A DNA stretch of 64,000 nucleotides from Octopus vulgaris. Taxonomy: Eukaryota. A program made the translations under genes and the position numbers. Positions within the stretch are counted from its first letter, which is position 1. Every line of letters begins with the position of its first letter. A model generated the notes under the pieces. It saw only the letters and a list, made by a program, of their open reading frames with translations. It did no database searches and had not been told where the DNA came from. Below, one piece after another: positions 42,978 to 55,182 of the stretch. Location of the stretch: NCBI GenBank assembly GCA_951406725.2, contig OX597832.1:17298001-17362000 (forward strand), read 5' to 3'.

Positions 42978-43361
42978 GGTGGAGGCGCAATGGCCCAGTG
43001 GTTAGGGCAGCGGACTCGCGGTCGTAGGATCGCGGTTTCGATTCCCAGACCGGGCGTTGTGAGTGTTTATTGAGCGAAAACACCTAAAGCCCCACGAGGC
43101 TCCGACAGGGATGGTGGTGATCCCTGCTGTACTCTTTCACCACAACTTTCTCTCACTCTTACTTCCTGTTTCTGTTGTACCTGTATTTCAAAGGGCCGGT
43201 CTTGTCACTCTCTGTGTCACGCTGAATATCCCCGAGAACTACGTTAAGGGTACACGTGTCTGTGGAATGCTCAGCCACTTACACGTTAATTTCACGAGCA
43301 GGCTGTTCCGTTGATCGGATCAACCGGAACCCTCGTCGTCGTAACCGACGGAGTGCTTCCA
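42978..43361 (+). mobile_element. SINE family D, full length with target site duplication
   Basis: A box tggcccagtgg, B box ggtttcgattcc; 11 bp TSD aggcaaaatgg at 42967-42977 and 43362-43372. Confidence 0.92.
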
Positions 43362-43534
43362 AGGCAAAATGGAAAATTCAAACTCCTTCAATTACACCCC
43401 AAGAACTATTGAAAGAAAGCTAGTGGATACCCAAGGTTACAGGTAGTAACCCGCTACCCACATAGATCCTGCCAGGAATAAGACCATACTTGAGTTAAAT
43501 GAATAATAATTATAATAATAATAACAACCCAACC

Positions 43535-43716
43535 CAAGGCCTGAAATTTGCGCGAGGGGGGACAGTCAGTTACATCGCCCCCAACCAGTATTCAACTGGT
43601 ACTTATTTTATCGACTCCGAAAGGATGAAAGGCAAAGCGGATATTGAAGTCAGAACGTAAAGACTGACGAAATACCACTAAGCATCTCGCCCGACGTACT
43701 AACGATTCTGCCAGCT
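43535..43716 (-). mobile_element. SINE family C, decayed copy
   Basis: ctggtacttattttatcgac...gaaaggatgaaaggcaaag...gattctgccagct. Confidence 0.82.
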
Positions 43717-43865
43717 AAAAGCGTAACCATAATAATAATAACTATGATGGTGATGATGGATGATGATGATGATGATGATGATGAGGATGATGATGATGAT
43801 GATAATGGTGATGATAATTGCCTTTCAGTGTGTCACTTTTGCAAATCATCATTTCGATCAATATT

Positions 43866-43983
43866 ATCATTAATATAATATAATATAATATTATAATATA
43901 ATATAATATAATATAATATTATAATATAATATTATAATATAATATAATATAATATAATATAATATAATATAATATAATATATA
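43866..43983 (+). repeat. (ATAAT)n pentanucleotide array
   Basis: Direct inspection. Confidence 0.92.
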
Positions 43984-44478
43984 TCTCACGCGACCGCCTT
44001 CAACCCGGCCTTTTCGGCTTGACCGCTGCCATGTTAACGTTTGTTTTCGTTTTGCCGCAAAGGCATTTTTCAAATACGCCAGCCAAGATAAGTTAAAAAT
44101 TGTCTGAAGTCGTAAGACGACCGCTGTTTTTGTCTTGCTTACCATTCTTGTTTTTTATTTCTAATTTTTGTTTCTTGTATTTATATTCGTGTGGCATCCT
44201 GTCTTTGTTTCGTATACATTCGATCCTCTTTCCAAGAAATCTAATGCCTGTGGCTTAGTTTTTTCCTTGGGGCAGGCCGGTTCGGAGTGATATCGAGATT
44301 AAACAGCCGAAATTGCTAAGTTGATCCGGTTCCGACTGAAGATTAGAGGCTTCGAGTGACCCGTCTGTTTTTTTGTGTGGTCTCTTTGTGTGTTTTTGCG
44401 TTCTTGTCCCACTTTGTAATTTATAAATTATATTTAATTTTTATACATATATTATTGCGGCGTAACGTACCCCTATCT

Positions 44479-44526
<48 letters not shown>

Positions 44527-44527
<1 letters not shown>

Positions 44528-44780
44528 TGTTGTGTCTGGAGACAGTCATTCTCTGTTCGTTATTTACACTGCGTTCCAGGACAGAGTCAAGACACTTGAA
44601 AAGTTTGCAAGACGCAACGAAAATTTTAGAAAATAAAAATAAGAAATAAGTGGAAATTTTACCGGTGAGTGTGTTAAATAATAAGGCACTAAAAGAGAAT
44701 GACTCTCCCCAGACACAACAGAATAAGCTTCAACACACGAACTCATATAAATAATCTTGCAAACCAAATCCAAAAACGAA
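44527..44780 (+). mobile_element. TA-flanked repeat with short inverted 5' copy (same family as 9267)
   Basis: ctgttgtgtctggagacagtcattctct is inverted relative to agagaatgactctccccagacacaacag. Confidence 0.75.
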
Positions 44781-45877
44781 ATATATATATATATATATAT
44801 AACAAATTTTATCATCGCCATATTGTAAATATTTTCGTATAGTGGCTGGTGTTCTTGTAGCAACAGCAGAAGGTGCTGGAAAAAATAGGTGCGCTTGACT
44901 GATGAAATGAACTCTCAGAAAAGAGACCGAGAACACGATACTGGCAGCGCAGGTCCAAGCTCTGGCCACGAACTGTCATCATCTTCGTCATCATCTTCGT
45001 CATCATCTTCGTCATCATCATCATTATCATCATCGTCGTCATCATCATCATCATCGTCTTCCCCCCTCCTCCTCCTCCTCCTCTTCATCAACATCACCAC
45101 CGTCTTCCTCCTCCTCCTCCTCATCATCATCATCATAACCATCATCCTAGTTGTTGTCGTCATTATAATCTTCATTATCACCACCACCACCGCCACAACC
45201 ACCAACCACTGCTACCATCACCGTCATCCACCACCACCTCCTCCTCATCCTCCTCCTCCTCCTCCTCCTCCTCCTCATCATCATCATCATCTGCAGCAGC
45301 GCCCGCATCACTATCGGCATTTGTTATTGATTCTCTTATCAATCATACGATACATTTTTTTTTTCCGTATATTAGTTTTCAGAACTCAGATTCTTTTAGT
45401 TTCGTTTCGGTTTTTCGAGATTGTTCTTTTCGTTCCTGAATACTTTTCTTCTGTTCGTCTTTTCAGTTTTGTCATTTTTTTTCTTTTTCTTTTTTTTCTT
45501 TCGTTTCTTTTCTTCATTATCTATTTATCTATTTATTTATTTCTATATTTATTCATAAATTTGTTTGTTTTTTTGTTTTTTTCCCTATGTTTGTTCGGTC
45601 TTTTATTTCCTGCATTGTGTGGGGGAAGCAATCTTCAATATTGGTTCTTTCCTGGCTATTAACTTCAAATAGGAGATAGCATTTACATCAGAAATACGAA
45701 ATAAGAAATATGAAATTAGAGAGGAGAAAGGAGGAGAAAAGGAGAATGATAAAGAGAGAGGGAGAGGGAGGGAGGGAGAGAGAGAGCTTGAGAGAGGGAC
45801 AGAGCGGGAGCAAGAGAGGGAGGACAAAAAATAATACTGAAAGAAAATGTGGTTGAAAGTAATAAGAATGTCTTATA

Positions 45878-45938
<61 letters not shown>

Positions 45939-45945
45939 GTATATT

Positions 45946-45981
<36 letters not shown>

Positions 45982-46067
45982 TGTATATGTATATATATAT
46001 ATATATATGTATATCTATGTGTCTGTATATATGTATATATATATATGTATATGTATATATGTATATG

Positions 46068-46137
<70 letters not shown>

Positions 46138-46198
46138 CATATATATATAGAAATACACATATATATATACATATATATATATACATATATACAGACAC

Positions 46199-46231
<33 letters not shown>

Positions 46232-46233
46232 AA

Positions 46234-46374
46234 CTCTCTTTACTCTTTACTCTTTAACTTGTTTCAGTCATTTGACTGTGGCTATGCTGGAGCTCCGCCT
46301 TTAGTCGAGCAATTCCACCCGAGGACTTATTCTTTGTAAGCCTAGTACTTATTCTATCGGTCTCTATTGCCGAA
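46234..46374 (-). mobile_element. SINE family A, 3' fragment
   Basis: ctcttttactc tail and cttgtttcagtcatttgac. Confidence 0.85.
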
Positions 46375-46968
46375 ATACTGCGAGCCATTCGAAGATACGG
46401 TAATCGCAGCATTGAGCTCAGAACGAGAAATAAAAAAATGTAATGTGGAATGTGGTACGCGAATTACCGGTGATCCTAGAAAACATAAAACGAAATGGGG
46501 AAAAGAACGAATTCATGGTAGAAATAAAAAGAATACTGTGGACAGGAATAGTAAATAGGCACAGGATTGGTGCAAAACGAAATAATAACGTGACCCTATA
46601 CTCAATTTGTGATAGTGTACTGATGTATGCACAGAGAGTAGTAATAGCTGAAGCACTGCAAAAGAAAATGTTGAGGAAACTCCATGTTGTACATCCGGTA
46701 TTACGGGGATGAAAGGTTTAATGCGTAGCTACGAGTACTGGCCACAAATGGATAGAGAAACTGAATATTTAGTGAAAGGCTGCAGAGGATGTTCTCTCGC
46801 GGCAAAATTAGCGACGGTAAAAAGTGAACGTTGTCCAAAAGTAGATGTTCCGTGGTGGAGATTACACATTGATTTTGCTGGTCCCTTAAACGGTTCGTAC
46901 AATTTAGTGGTAGTGGATAGTTTCTCTAAATAGCCAGAAATTGTAACTTTTAAAGGTCAATCTCCTCA

Positions 46969-47056
<88 letters not shown>

Positions 47057-47134
47057 TATATACTTATATATATGTTTATATGTATATGTATATATTTTTA
47101 TATGTATATGTATATTGATAGACATATACGTATA

Positions 47135-47181
<47 letters not shown>

Positions 47182-47531
47182 CAATAAAGATTCAAGTTAA
47201 TTTAAATGAATTTACTTGAATATGGTACCTAACTTAGATGCACCAAAAAAAACTATACTGATTTAACAATACAGTAATGTGGGGTGATTATAAGCGAGAA
47301 TGAAGCAACAAGAATGGATAGGTTTTTAGTACAATCGTTTCATACAAGGACAGGTTTTATTAAAAGTTGCAAAAATTACAGCATATAAACGTGTCCCGTA
47401 CTCATCTAAACGTGTCCCGATGAGTACGGGACACGTTTATATGCTGTAATTTTTGCAACTTTTAATAAAACCTGTCCTTGTATGAAACGATTGTACTAAA
47501 AACCTATCCATTCTTGTTGCTTCATTCTCGC

Positions 47532-47579
<48 letters not shown>

Positions 47580-48330
47580 GTATATGCTTATATATATATA
47601 CATACAGGCATACATACAGATATATGCACACACAAACATGCAAACAAATATATGTATATTCGAATCGATACGTACAGTCTGTTGTCTCTTATACATCTTG
47701 GTAGTAAACTTTCTACACGAGCTGTTTGCGAGATTTGGCCTCCCAGAAACTATAGTGTCTGATAAAGTTTTGATAAGACGTTCGCTGTAGAACATGTAAC
47801 TTCTGCGTCAGACAATCACAGATCTAACGGACAAGCAGAACATTTTATCGATACGTTCAACAGAGCGCTAAGAAAGTCGAATAAGGAAGTCACGGATGAT
47901 GTAGCTCTCTTAGGAATTCCTAAGAATATCCCGAGTGACACCAAATCCAAACACACCGACGGGCATGTCACCTGCGGAGAAGCTGTTTGCGAGGAAAATA
48001 AAATAAAATAAAATCAGTCTTCCACAAATTGCTATCTGGTAGGAAAAGAAAAATTGCAACGGATAATACAGCAAGTTATTTCAAAATTGTTGAAAATGTA
48101 TTTGTTAGGACACATAAGAACGGAAAACAAATTTAGGTAGATGGTGTGATTACCAAATACATATGAAAAATGCTATACTTGGTAAAAGGAAGAAAATGGA
48201 CATACAAGAGGCACATAAATCAACTAAAAAAAAAAAAAGCAAATTCGTTGCGAGCGAACTAAAGAGAATGGAAGAAGCAATGGAATGGTTATATGATACT
48301 GTTCAAGTACCTTTGCCGTAGACTCCTTCG
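46375..48330 (+). pseudogene. Decayed Ty3/Gypsy (Mag-like) integrase region, split by a 46973-47700 insertion
   Basis: LHVVHP...MKGLMRSYEYWPQMD...CRGC (HHCC), HIDFAGP, LVVVDSFSK, then [28 protein letters not shown]; stops and frameshifts. Confidence 0.9.
47178..47531. mobile_element. TA-inserted element with perfect 113 bp-arm hairpin and truncated hammerhead
   Basis: Arms 47294-47406 and 47419-47531; GATGA, long helix II, GAAA CGATTG TA ctaaa. Confidence 0.85.
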
Positions 48331-48419
48331 TGTCTGCCCTATGCATTTTTATTTATATATTGAATGACTGAACGCCGCACATCGCGACTATTGGTAACTA
48401 TACATTTACATATATATAT

Positions 48420-48514
<95 letters not shown>

Positions 48515-48518
<4 letters not shown>

Positions 48519-48731
48519 TTCAGCAAACAATTTAGATTCAAATGAATATGGTACTTAATTTAGATGCACCAGAATTTTTTATGGTATTACCCATAAATAT
48601 ATGCTGTGTGTTTATAATCAAAATTTAGTTGCTTATTTTGGATTTTATATATATATTAGTACGGGAATTGTTTCATACTATAACAATTGTACTAAATTAC
48701 AAACGATCCATTTTTGTTGCTTATTTTTGAT

Positions 48732-48733
<2 letters not shown>
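48515..48733. mobile_element. Decayed relative of the 47178-47531 element
   Basis: Shares tgaatatggtac-taa-ttagatgcacca and aattgtactaaa...atccatt-ttgttgctt; TA-flanked. Confidence 0.65.
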
Positions 48734-48801
<68 letters not shown>

Positions 48802-48957
48802 GAGAGAGAGATAGGTTATGAGAGGTAACGGTGTCCATAAGACCCCAAGGTGTCAGGTAATGGTGACTAAGTGCTATGGATAGACCATAGTTAACGCCCA
48901 GGTTCGGTGATTATGTGAATAAGGAGTAGGAAAAAGGTTTTATACACACACACATAC

Positions 48958-49086
<129 letters not shown>

Positions 49087-49091
49087 CTTAT

Positions 49092-49127
<36 letters not shown>

Positions 49128-50106
49128 GCATGTATTGGTGTACCGAGCAGTGAAATGGGTCACTGTTATAGTAGTACATTTTCAGAATTGGAGTAGTTTG
49201 AACAATGGAAACGAATATTAAGTCTAGACACCAGCTGCGTACTTGCTTGGTGAGCATTGAGCAGCATGGCGTTTCACGTCTGACTGCAAACAATGCGTTC
49301 AATATCAAAGTTATAGATAAGACACTCTGTGCACTCGCGTGTGCCTGTGCGAGCGCGTAGTATTTTTATGCATGTATATATATATATATATATATATGTA
49401 TATTATGAATGTAATATATCGATAACGCTAAACGCAGTTGTGACTATGTTTATGATCATGCTGTCGCGCACACACGCATGCATGCACACAGGCACACACA
49501 CACCCTAGGTCACATAGCCCACGGAGGCATGTTGCATTTTCAATGCTTGCGCTTAATAGTTAGTGATTGTACGCACGTTCACATGATTGCAGATTTTCAC
49601 ACGCTTTCCACATGATTTGGCGTCAAATTTAATCCAAGGTGTTGTTCTAAATTTACAAGGATGTGTAGTTTATAAGTTCGTGTATGTGAATCATGCGGTG
49701 TCATGCGCAAATGTATATATATATAGATATATAGATATGTTTATACACGCACATATACAAATACACAAATATACATACGCATATACATATTAATTTGAGT
49801 GTATATATATATATATATATATAGAATAAAAAGTTTTGAATGGTATAACAATGCACTATAATACTGACAACGGGATATATACAAGTTGTAATTTAGACAT
49901 TCATAGTCTGATTTGATATTTCGGAATAATATTCCTTCTTGAAATATTCTTAAATGGAGCCGAACTCACACACTTCTCATGAGGAATTCCGGAAGAAGCA
50001 TCGTGAGACCATTGCTGAGATGCATCCAAAGAATGAAAAAAAAGAGAAAAAAAGTAAAAAAGAAATGCCGTTGGAAAATCGATTATAGCAGCGACTCCAT
50101 CTAAGA

Positions 50107-50143
50107 ATATCTGAAGAAGGAATGTTATTGCGATATATCATAT
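50107..50143 (+). ncRNA. Decayed minimal hammerhead; second copy at 49911-49947 on minus
   Basis: The two-arm consensus is ATAT CTGAAGA A GGAAT att ATTCC GAAA TA TC ATAT. Confidence 0.65.
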
Positions 50144-50178
50144 CAGACTATGGATGACTAAATTACAACAGGTATATA

Positions 50179-51469
50179 CGAGGGACGTTCAATAAGTAAT
50201 GCCCCTGACCCATTTGCAGTTATTTGATCTAGCTGAAATTTTGCATGTGCAATCATTTATATCTCTATAGAGTAAGTGGCAAATGACAGCTCTGAACTAA
50301 TTGTGGTTTCTGATTTACAGGTGTTTGAACTGAGTCAAGTGTGAAATGGAGCCTGTTGAGTGTCGAGCAGTGATCCGGTTTTTGTATTTGAAAGGACGCA
50401 CACCACGGGAGACTTTTGATGAAATGAAAGTAACTTATGGTGATGATGCCCCATCATATGACCTTGTAAAACGCTGGCATCGTGAATTCAAACATGGTCG
50501 GAACTATGTGGAAACAGCTCCCAGATCTGGTCGCCTCCTTCTGCCATTGATGAGGCATCTGTCCGTCAAGTTGAGACTGCCATTTTGGAAGATCGACGCA
50601 TAATTATTCGCCAAATAGCCCATGAGGTCAAGATTAGTACCGGGTCAGTGGAAACTATCATTCATGACCATTTGCATATGCAAAAGGTGTCTGCCAGATG
50701 GATTCCCAGGTTGTTCACGCCTTTCCAGAAGCAAGAACGCGTCGAGTGCTCGAGGATGAATTTGGAGATGTGCCAAGAAGATGAGTCAAAATTTTTCAAA
50801 AGACTGATTACACAGGATGAAACCTGGGTCCATCACGATGATCCAGAGACCAAAGCCCAGTCAATGCAGTGGAAGCACCGTGACCCATCCCCTCCAAAGA
50901 AGGCAAGGGTGCAGCCCTCCGCTGTCAAGATCATGCTCACAGTCTTCTGGGACCAGGACAGAGTAGTGATGACAGATTTCCTGGCAAAGGGTACCACAAT
51001 TACAGGAGCCTATTATGCTTCACTTTTGAGGAAATTAAGAGAAGTTATCAAATTCAAGAGGCGGGGCAAGATCAGCAAAAGCATCCTCCTCCTGCAGGAC
51101 AACGCTCCGGTTCACAACTCGCTTGTCGCCAGATCAGAAGCACAGGCGTATGGCTATGAACTCCTCCCCCATCCCCCTACTTTCCTGACCTTGCACCCTC
51201 TGATTTTCACCTCTTCCCAGTCATGAAGTTGTTTTTGAAAGGAAAGCGTTTCCCAGATGATGCAGCCTTGATTTCTGAAGTCACGTTCAGGTTGGAGGAC
51301 CAAGCTAGGGTCTTCTACAGAAACGGTCTCAAGAGCTGCATCAAACGATGGGAGAAATGCGTAACTCTGGGTGGTTCCTATGTAGAAAAAGACTAATAAC
51401 TGTGCCAGGTTTCGTTGCTCTACTGCTATGGGAAGTGGGCCAGGGGCATTACATATTGAACGCCCCTCG
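50179..51469 (+). mobile_element. Full-length mariner transposon (1291 bp, probably irritans subfamily)
   Basis: 34 bp TIRs (3 mismatches) cgagggacgttcaataagtaatgcccctgaccca; TA duplication at 50177-50178 and 51470-51471. Confidence 0.97.
50346..51397 (+). pseudogene. Mariner DD34D transposase, frameshifted
   Basis: WIPRLFT, ITQDETWVH, LLQDNAPVH, frameshifted PDLAPSDFHLF, CVTLGGSYVEKD*. Confidence 0.95.
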
Positions 51470-51614
51470 TAGCCCATTGTCTATATTATAGTGCATTGTT
51501 ATGCCATTCAAAACTTTATATTCTTTACAAAAAATGCACAATGCTTCAAGCGAACTACAATACTCTCCCATATCTACGACTGTGCCAGGCCGAGTTCGCA
51601 ACACCTAGGGGTAT

Positions 51615-51705
<91 letters not shown>

Positions 51706-52082
51706 ATGAATTTGGCAAGCAGTGACAATATGTATATATATATATATATATAATTCGGTGTGTGTGTGTGCGTGTGTGTATTTATACTCATTAATGTAGG
51801 AAGTGGACTTTTTTAAATTCATCTAAACATGATATTTAATGATTTAGATTAGAGGTGTTCAAAGTGTGTATGTGAGCGCGCGGGTGCTTTCATGAGAGAG
51901 GGAAGCTTTACAGCATTGGTTCAGAATAGCATTTGCACATTCCATTTAGCGTGGATCTACCGTAAAAACACAGCAAAATTACGATTTCCGTTTCGATAAA
52001 GCATGTCGTGTAGAGGTATAGTAGTCAAAAGCACGTAACTATCAGTAGCAGATGAAAGCCGTCGAGCATCGTGGGTGGAATC

Positions 52083-52124
52083 CCTAGATCTGGGATTTCT
52101 GCATATTTACGCTTCATCGGCAGC
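52083..52124 (-). ncRNA. Type I hammerhead, CCGAUGA core (copy a)
   Basis: Reverse complement reads GCTG CCGATGA a GCGT aaat ATGC a GAAA TC cca GA TC TAGG. Confidence 0.6.
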
Positions 52125-52418
52125 AAGTATCCATTTACTCCTCTTACTCAGAAAAGTTTCGTCTTTACTGATATAGAAAAACTAACAATTTACCAAAGCT
52201 GGTAGGCTTTCGGAAGGTACATAACGCAGTGCTGTCGTTCTCTTAAATTATATCAAAGTGAAATAAGATATATTCTGAACTAATACTGCTTCCGGTTGAT
52301 AAGGACGAATTGTTACCCAACCCGGAAGCTTCTTGTGACATTCGTGATTTGTTAATTATTATATTTCTATATCAGTACTAACAAAATTTGTCTAAGCGGG
52401 TGGAGATAGTGATTACTC

Positions 52419-52460
52419 GCTGCCGATGACGCGCAAATCCACAGAAATCGTGGATTAAGC
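52419..52460 (+). ncRNA. Type I hammerhead, CCGAUGA core (copy b, decayed helix II)
   Basis: GCTG CCGATGA cgcgcaaatccaca GAAA TC gtg GA TT AAGC. Confidence 0.55.
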
Positions 52461-52539
52461 TATTCCTCTGCCAACATATTTCAACTTCATAAACAACAAT
52501 AACAAAAATAAAACTAGACAGAAACATTGATTTGTGTGT

Positions 52540-52590
<51 letters not shown>

Positions 52591-52670
52591 CGCGCTTGTG
52601 TGGGTGAAAGTATAAAATGAAATGAAAACAACTAAACAAAACAAAATCGTTCGAGAAAACTTGAAAACTC

Positions 52671-52712
52671 GCTGCCGATGACGCGGAAATCTGCAGAAAT
52701 CTTGGATCCAGC
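52671..52712 (+). ncRNA. Type I hammerhead, CCGAUGA core (copy c, best preserved)
   Basis: GCTG CCGATGA c GCGG aaat CTGC a GAAA TC ttg GA TC CAGC: all three helices pair. Confidence 0.72.
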
Positions 52713-52750
52713 TATTCCTCGGCCAACATATTCCAGCTGCATAAGCATAC

Positions 52751-53146
52751 GCGCAGGAGTGGCTGTGCGTTAAGTAGCTTGCTTACCAACCACATTGTTC
52801 CGGGTTCAGTCCTACTATGTGGCATCTTGGGCAAGTGTCTTCTACTATAGCCTCGAGCCTACCAAAGCCTTGTGAGTGGATTTGGTAGACGGAAACTGAA
52901 AAAAGCCCGTCGTATATATATGTGTGTGTGTGTGTATGTGTTTGTGTGTCTGTGTTTGTCCTTCCCAACATCGCTTGACAACCCATGCTGGTGTGTTTAT
53001 ATCCTCGTAACTTAGCGATTCGGCAAAAAAGACCGATAGAATAAGTACTAGGCTTACAAGGAAAAAGTCATGAGGTCGATTTGCTCGACTAAAGGTGGTG
53101 TTCCAGCATGGCCGCAGTTAAATGACTGAAACAAATAGAAAGAAAA
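52751..53146 (+). mobile_element. SINE family A, full length
   Basis: Colinear with 17428-17836. Confidence 0.92.
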
Positions 53147-53566
53147 AATGGAACGCTTTCCATCGATTATCGATACTTGTGTGCTTTTTAGCACTATACG
53201 TCCGTCTGTGCGAGAGGCTTCCCTAAAATAAATACCGCTTTCTTATAACATATCCAAGTTGATTAAGATATACAGAATGACATTCTACATCATGATATGT
53301 ATGCATGTGTATATTTATGCGTGAGTCTGCATACGCTTTTTGTGTGTGTTCGAGTGTGTGTATTTATCTACATACGAACGCATGTGTGTGTATGAGTGCT
53401 TGTGCAGAATAGTCGTATTTTCGTTTTAAGATGGCCGCTCGTTGCAAAAAAAAGTTTCCAGTGGACGCAGTTTTACTTGATCGGTATGGTTCTTTGAGAA
53501 TAGACGGGTTTAACTGATGACACCCGTATGTAATGCATGATTTATCACAGCCATCATCACCGTCCA

Positions 53567-53640
<74 letters not shown>

Positions 53641-53789
53641 CGGCATTCTACACCGTTTGCCTTAGAAGCCTTAAAGAAAAGCAATTAACTGGAAACGCTA
53701 GCGATATTCGCAAAAAGGAAAGAGAAGCAAAAAAGAAGAAGAAAAAACTAAACAAAACAATATTACTGATGAATAAGTTAGGGTTAGGG

Positions 53790-53885
<96 letters not shown>

Positions 53886-53997
53886 GTATATATATATAGA
53901 TATCTTGTCCCATTTTTGTATATATATATGTGTATATATATATATATGTATATATATATATGTATATATATGTGTATATATCTATATATATATATAT

Positions 53998-54036
<39 letters not shown>

Positions 54037-54714
54037 TCTAACGTAAAATATAATAAGACAAAAAACATCCACCTAACATTAAAAAGAGGCAAACGGAAAT
54101 ACTAAACGCAAGTCACTCCTCCTACCACTCGTTAAAATCTTCCTCTTTCTTCCACTTTCCATCATCACAGAGCAGTAGAGACCCTTCAAGTTTTTTTGGG
54201 GCCATCTTGGTTTGTTTTCTAGGTTTTATACTTCTACATGCACAAACGCGCGCGCACGCACACACACTATACATATCAATGCGTGTTAGGTTTTATTGTT
54301 GTTTTTTTTTATATTTTATGTTGGTCACTGTGGTCCGATATCCTCACATTCTGCCGTTTCATCGTTTCTATATCTATTGTTATTTGTGTATGTGTGTGTC
54401 TTTTGTAGTGTTTTATTTTTTTGGTTGTCGCTTACTGTTGGATCAAAGTTATGACCAATGACATCCCAGCCATGCCCGTCACGCTACTTTAAATGCATAT
54501 AAGTTCATCTTTTCTCACGAGATGTATTTTTTCTTTCTCCACAAACTGTCAAATCAAATATGACGTTGATTTGACTGCCATTTCTAGCAGGACGGACGAC
54601 TACATAGATCTTGCCACCTGAGCTTGTATTGCTGCTGCTGCTGTTGTTGTTACTCGTCGTTATTATGAACAGTATTAGGCGTAAGCGTTGCTGTGTGGTA
54701 AAATGCTTCTTCCT

Positions 54715-54955
54715 TCTCGAGCCATGTCTGGCTCATAAGAGCCGGCTTCCTAGTTTCTTTGGCGTATAGGTTCCCCACCTGGACGGGACGCCGTCCGTCG
54801 CAGATGAGCTGCAAGATGCAGGAGGAAAGAGTGAGAGAGAAAGTTGTGGTGAAAGAATTAGAAGTTCGCCATTAACTTCTGCCGAAGATGAGTGGAGCTT
54901 AGGTGTTTCGCTCAGAAACACACACATCACTCAGTCTGAGATTCGAACCCGTGCT
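54715..54955 (-). mobile_element. Chimeric SINE (family D body, family B2 tail)
   Basis: gagcgaaacacctaagc...ctttcaccacaactttctctc as in 42978-43361, then ctgcgacggacggcgtcccgtccag...tacgcca...gaaac as in 31605-31857. Confidence 0.75.
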
Positions 54956-55004
54956 AACATTTCTGCCAGGTCACCGCCTTCCTTGGTACCTAATTTCCTC
55001 TTCT

Positions 55005-55178
55005 ACCATATGTACAAGGCTCGAAAATTTTGGGGAGGGGTGCCACTCGATTCGATCGGCTCCAGCACGCAACTGGTACTTAATTTATCGACCCCAAAAG
55101 AATGAAGGGCAAAGTCGACCACGGCGGAATTTCGAACTCAGAACGTAAAGACAGACGAAGTACTGCTAAGCATCTCGC
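55005..55178 (-). mobile_element. SINE family C copy
   Basis: Match to 41163-41397. Confidence 0.82.
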
Positions 55179-55182
55179 TTTT

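Larger units (their letters stand above)
49823..51524. mobile_element. Old hammerhead-bearing inverted repeat (~140 bp arms) interrupted by mariner
   Basis: Left arm 49823-49962; right arm 50092-50176 plus 51472-51524. Confidence 0.8.
52075..52745. mobile_element. Diverged inverted plus tandem triplet of a hammerhead-bearing unit
   Basis: Minus copy ~52075-52215 mirrors ~52320-52470; a third copy at 52666-52744 lies 252 bp after the second. Confidence 0.75.

Noticed and set aside
42980-43055. tRNA gene (also heads at 32446, 31857 and 17428)
   Set aside because: A and B boxes are present but there is no complete cloverleaf, and each continues into a SINE body; one has a TSD.
44899-44930. CTGATGA...GAAA hammerhead-like spacing
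   Set aside because: No helix I or III and no UH cleavage site.
47417-47423. CCGATGA as another U4C hammerhead core
   Set aside because: The CC comes from the templated spacer at the inversion junction, so it is not evidence for the variant.
47682-47698. Similarity to the Tn5/Nextera mosaic end (tgtctcttatacatct; also 55871-55887 reversed)
   Set aside because: Not an exact 19-mer, and both copies lie within a diverged 110 bp genomic duplication, so this is not adapter contamination.
53777-53792. Telomeric TTAGGG repeats
   Set aside because: Only about two and a half units, too short to call an interstitial telomere.
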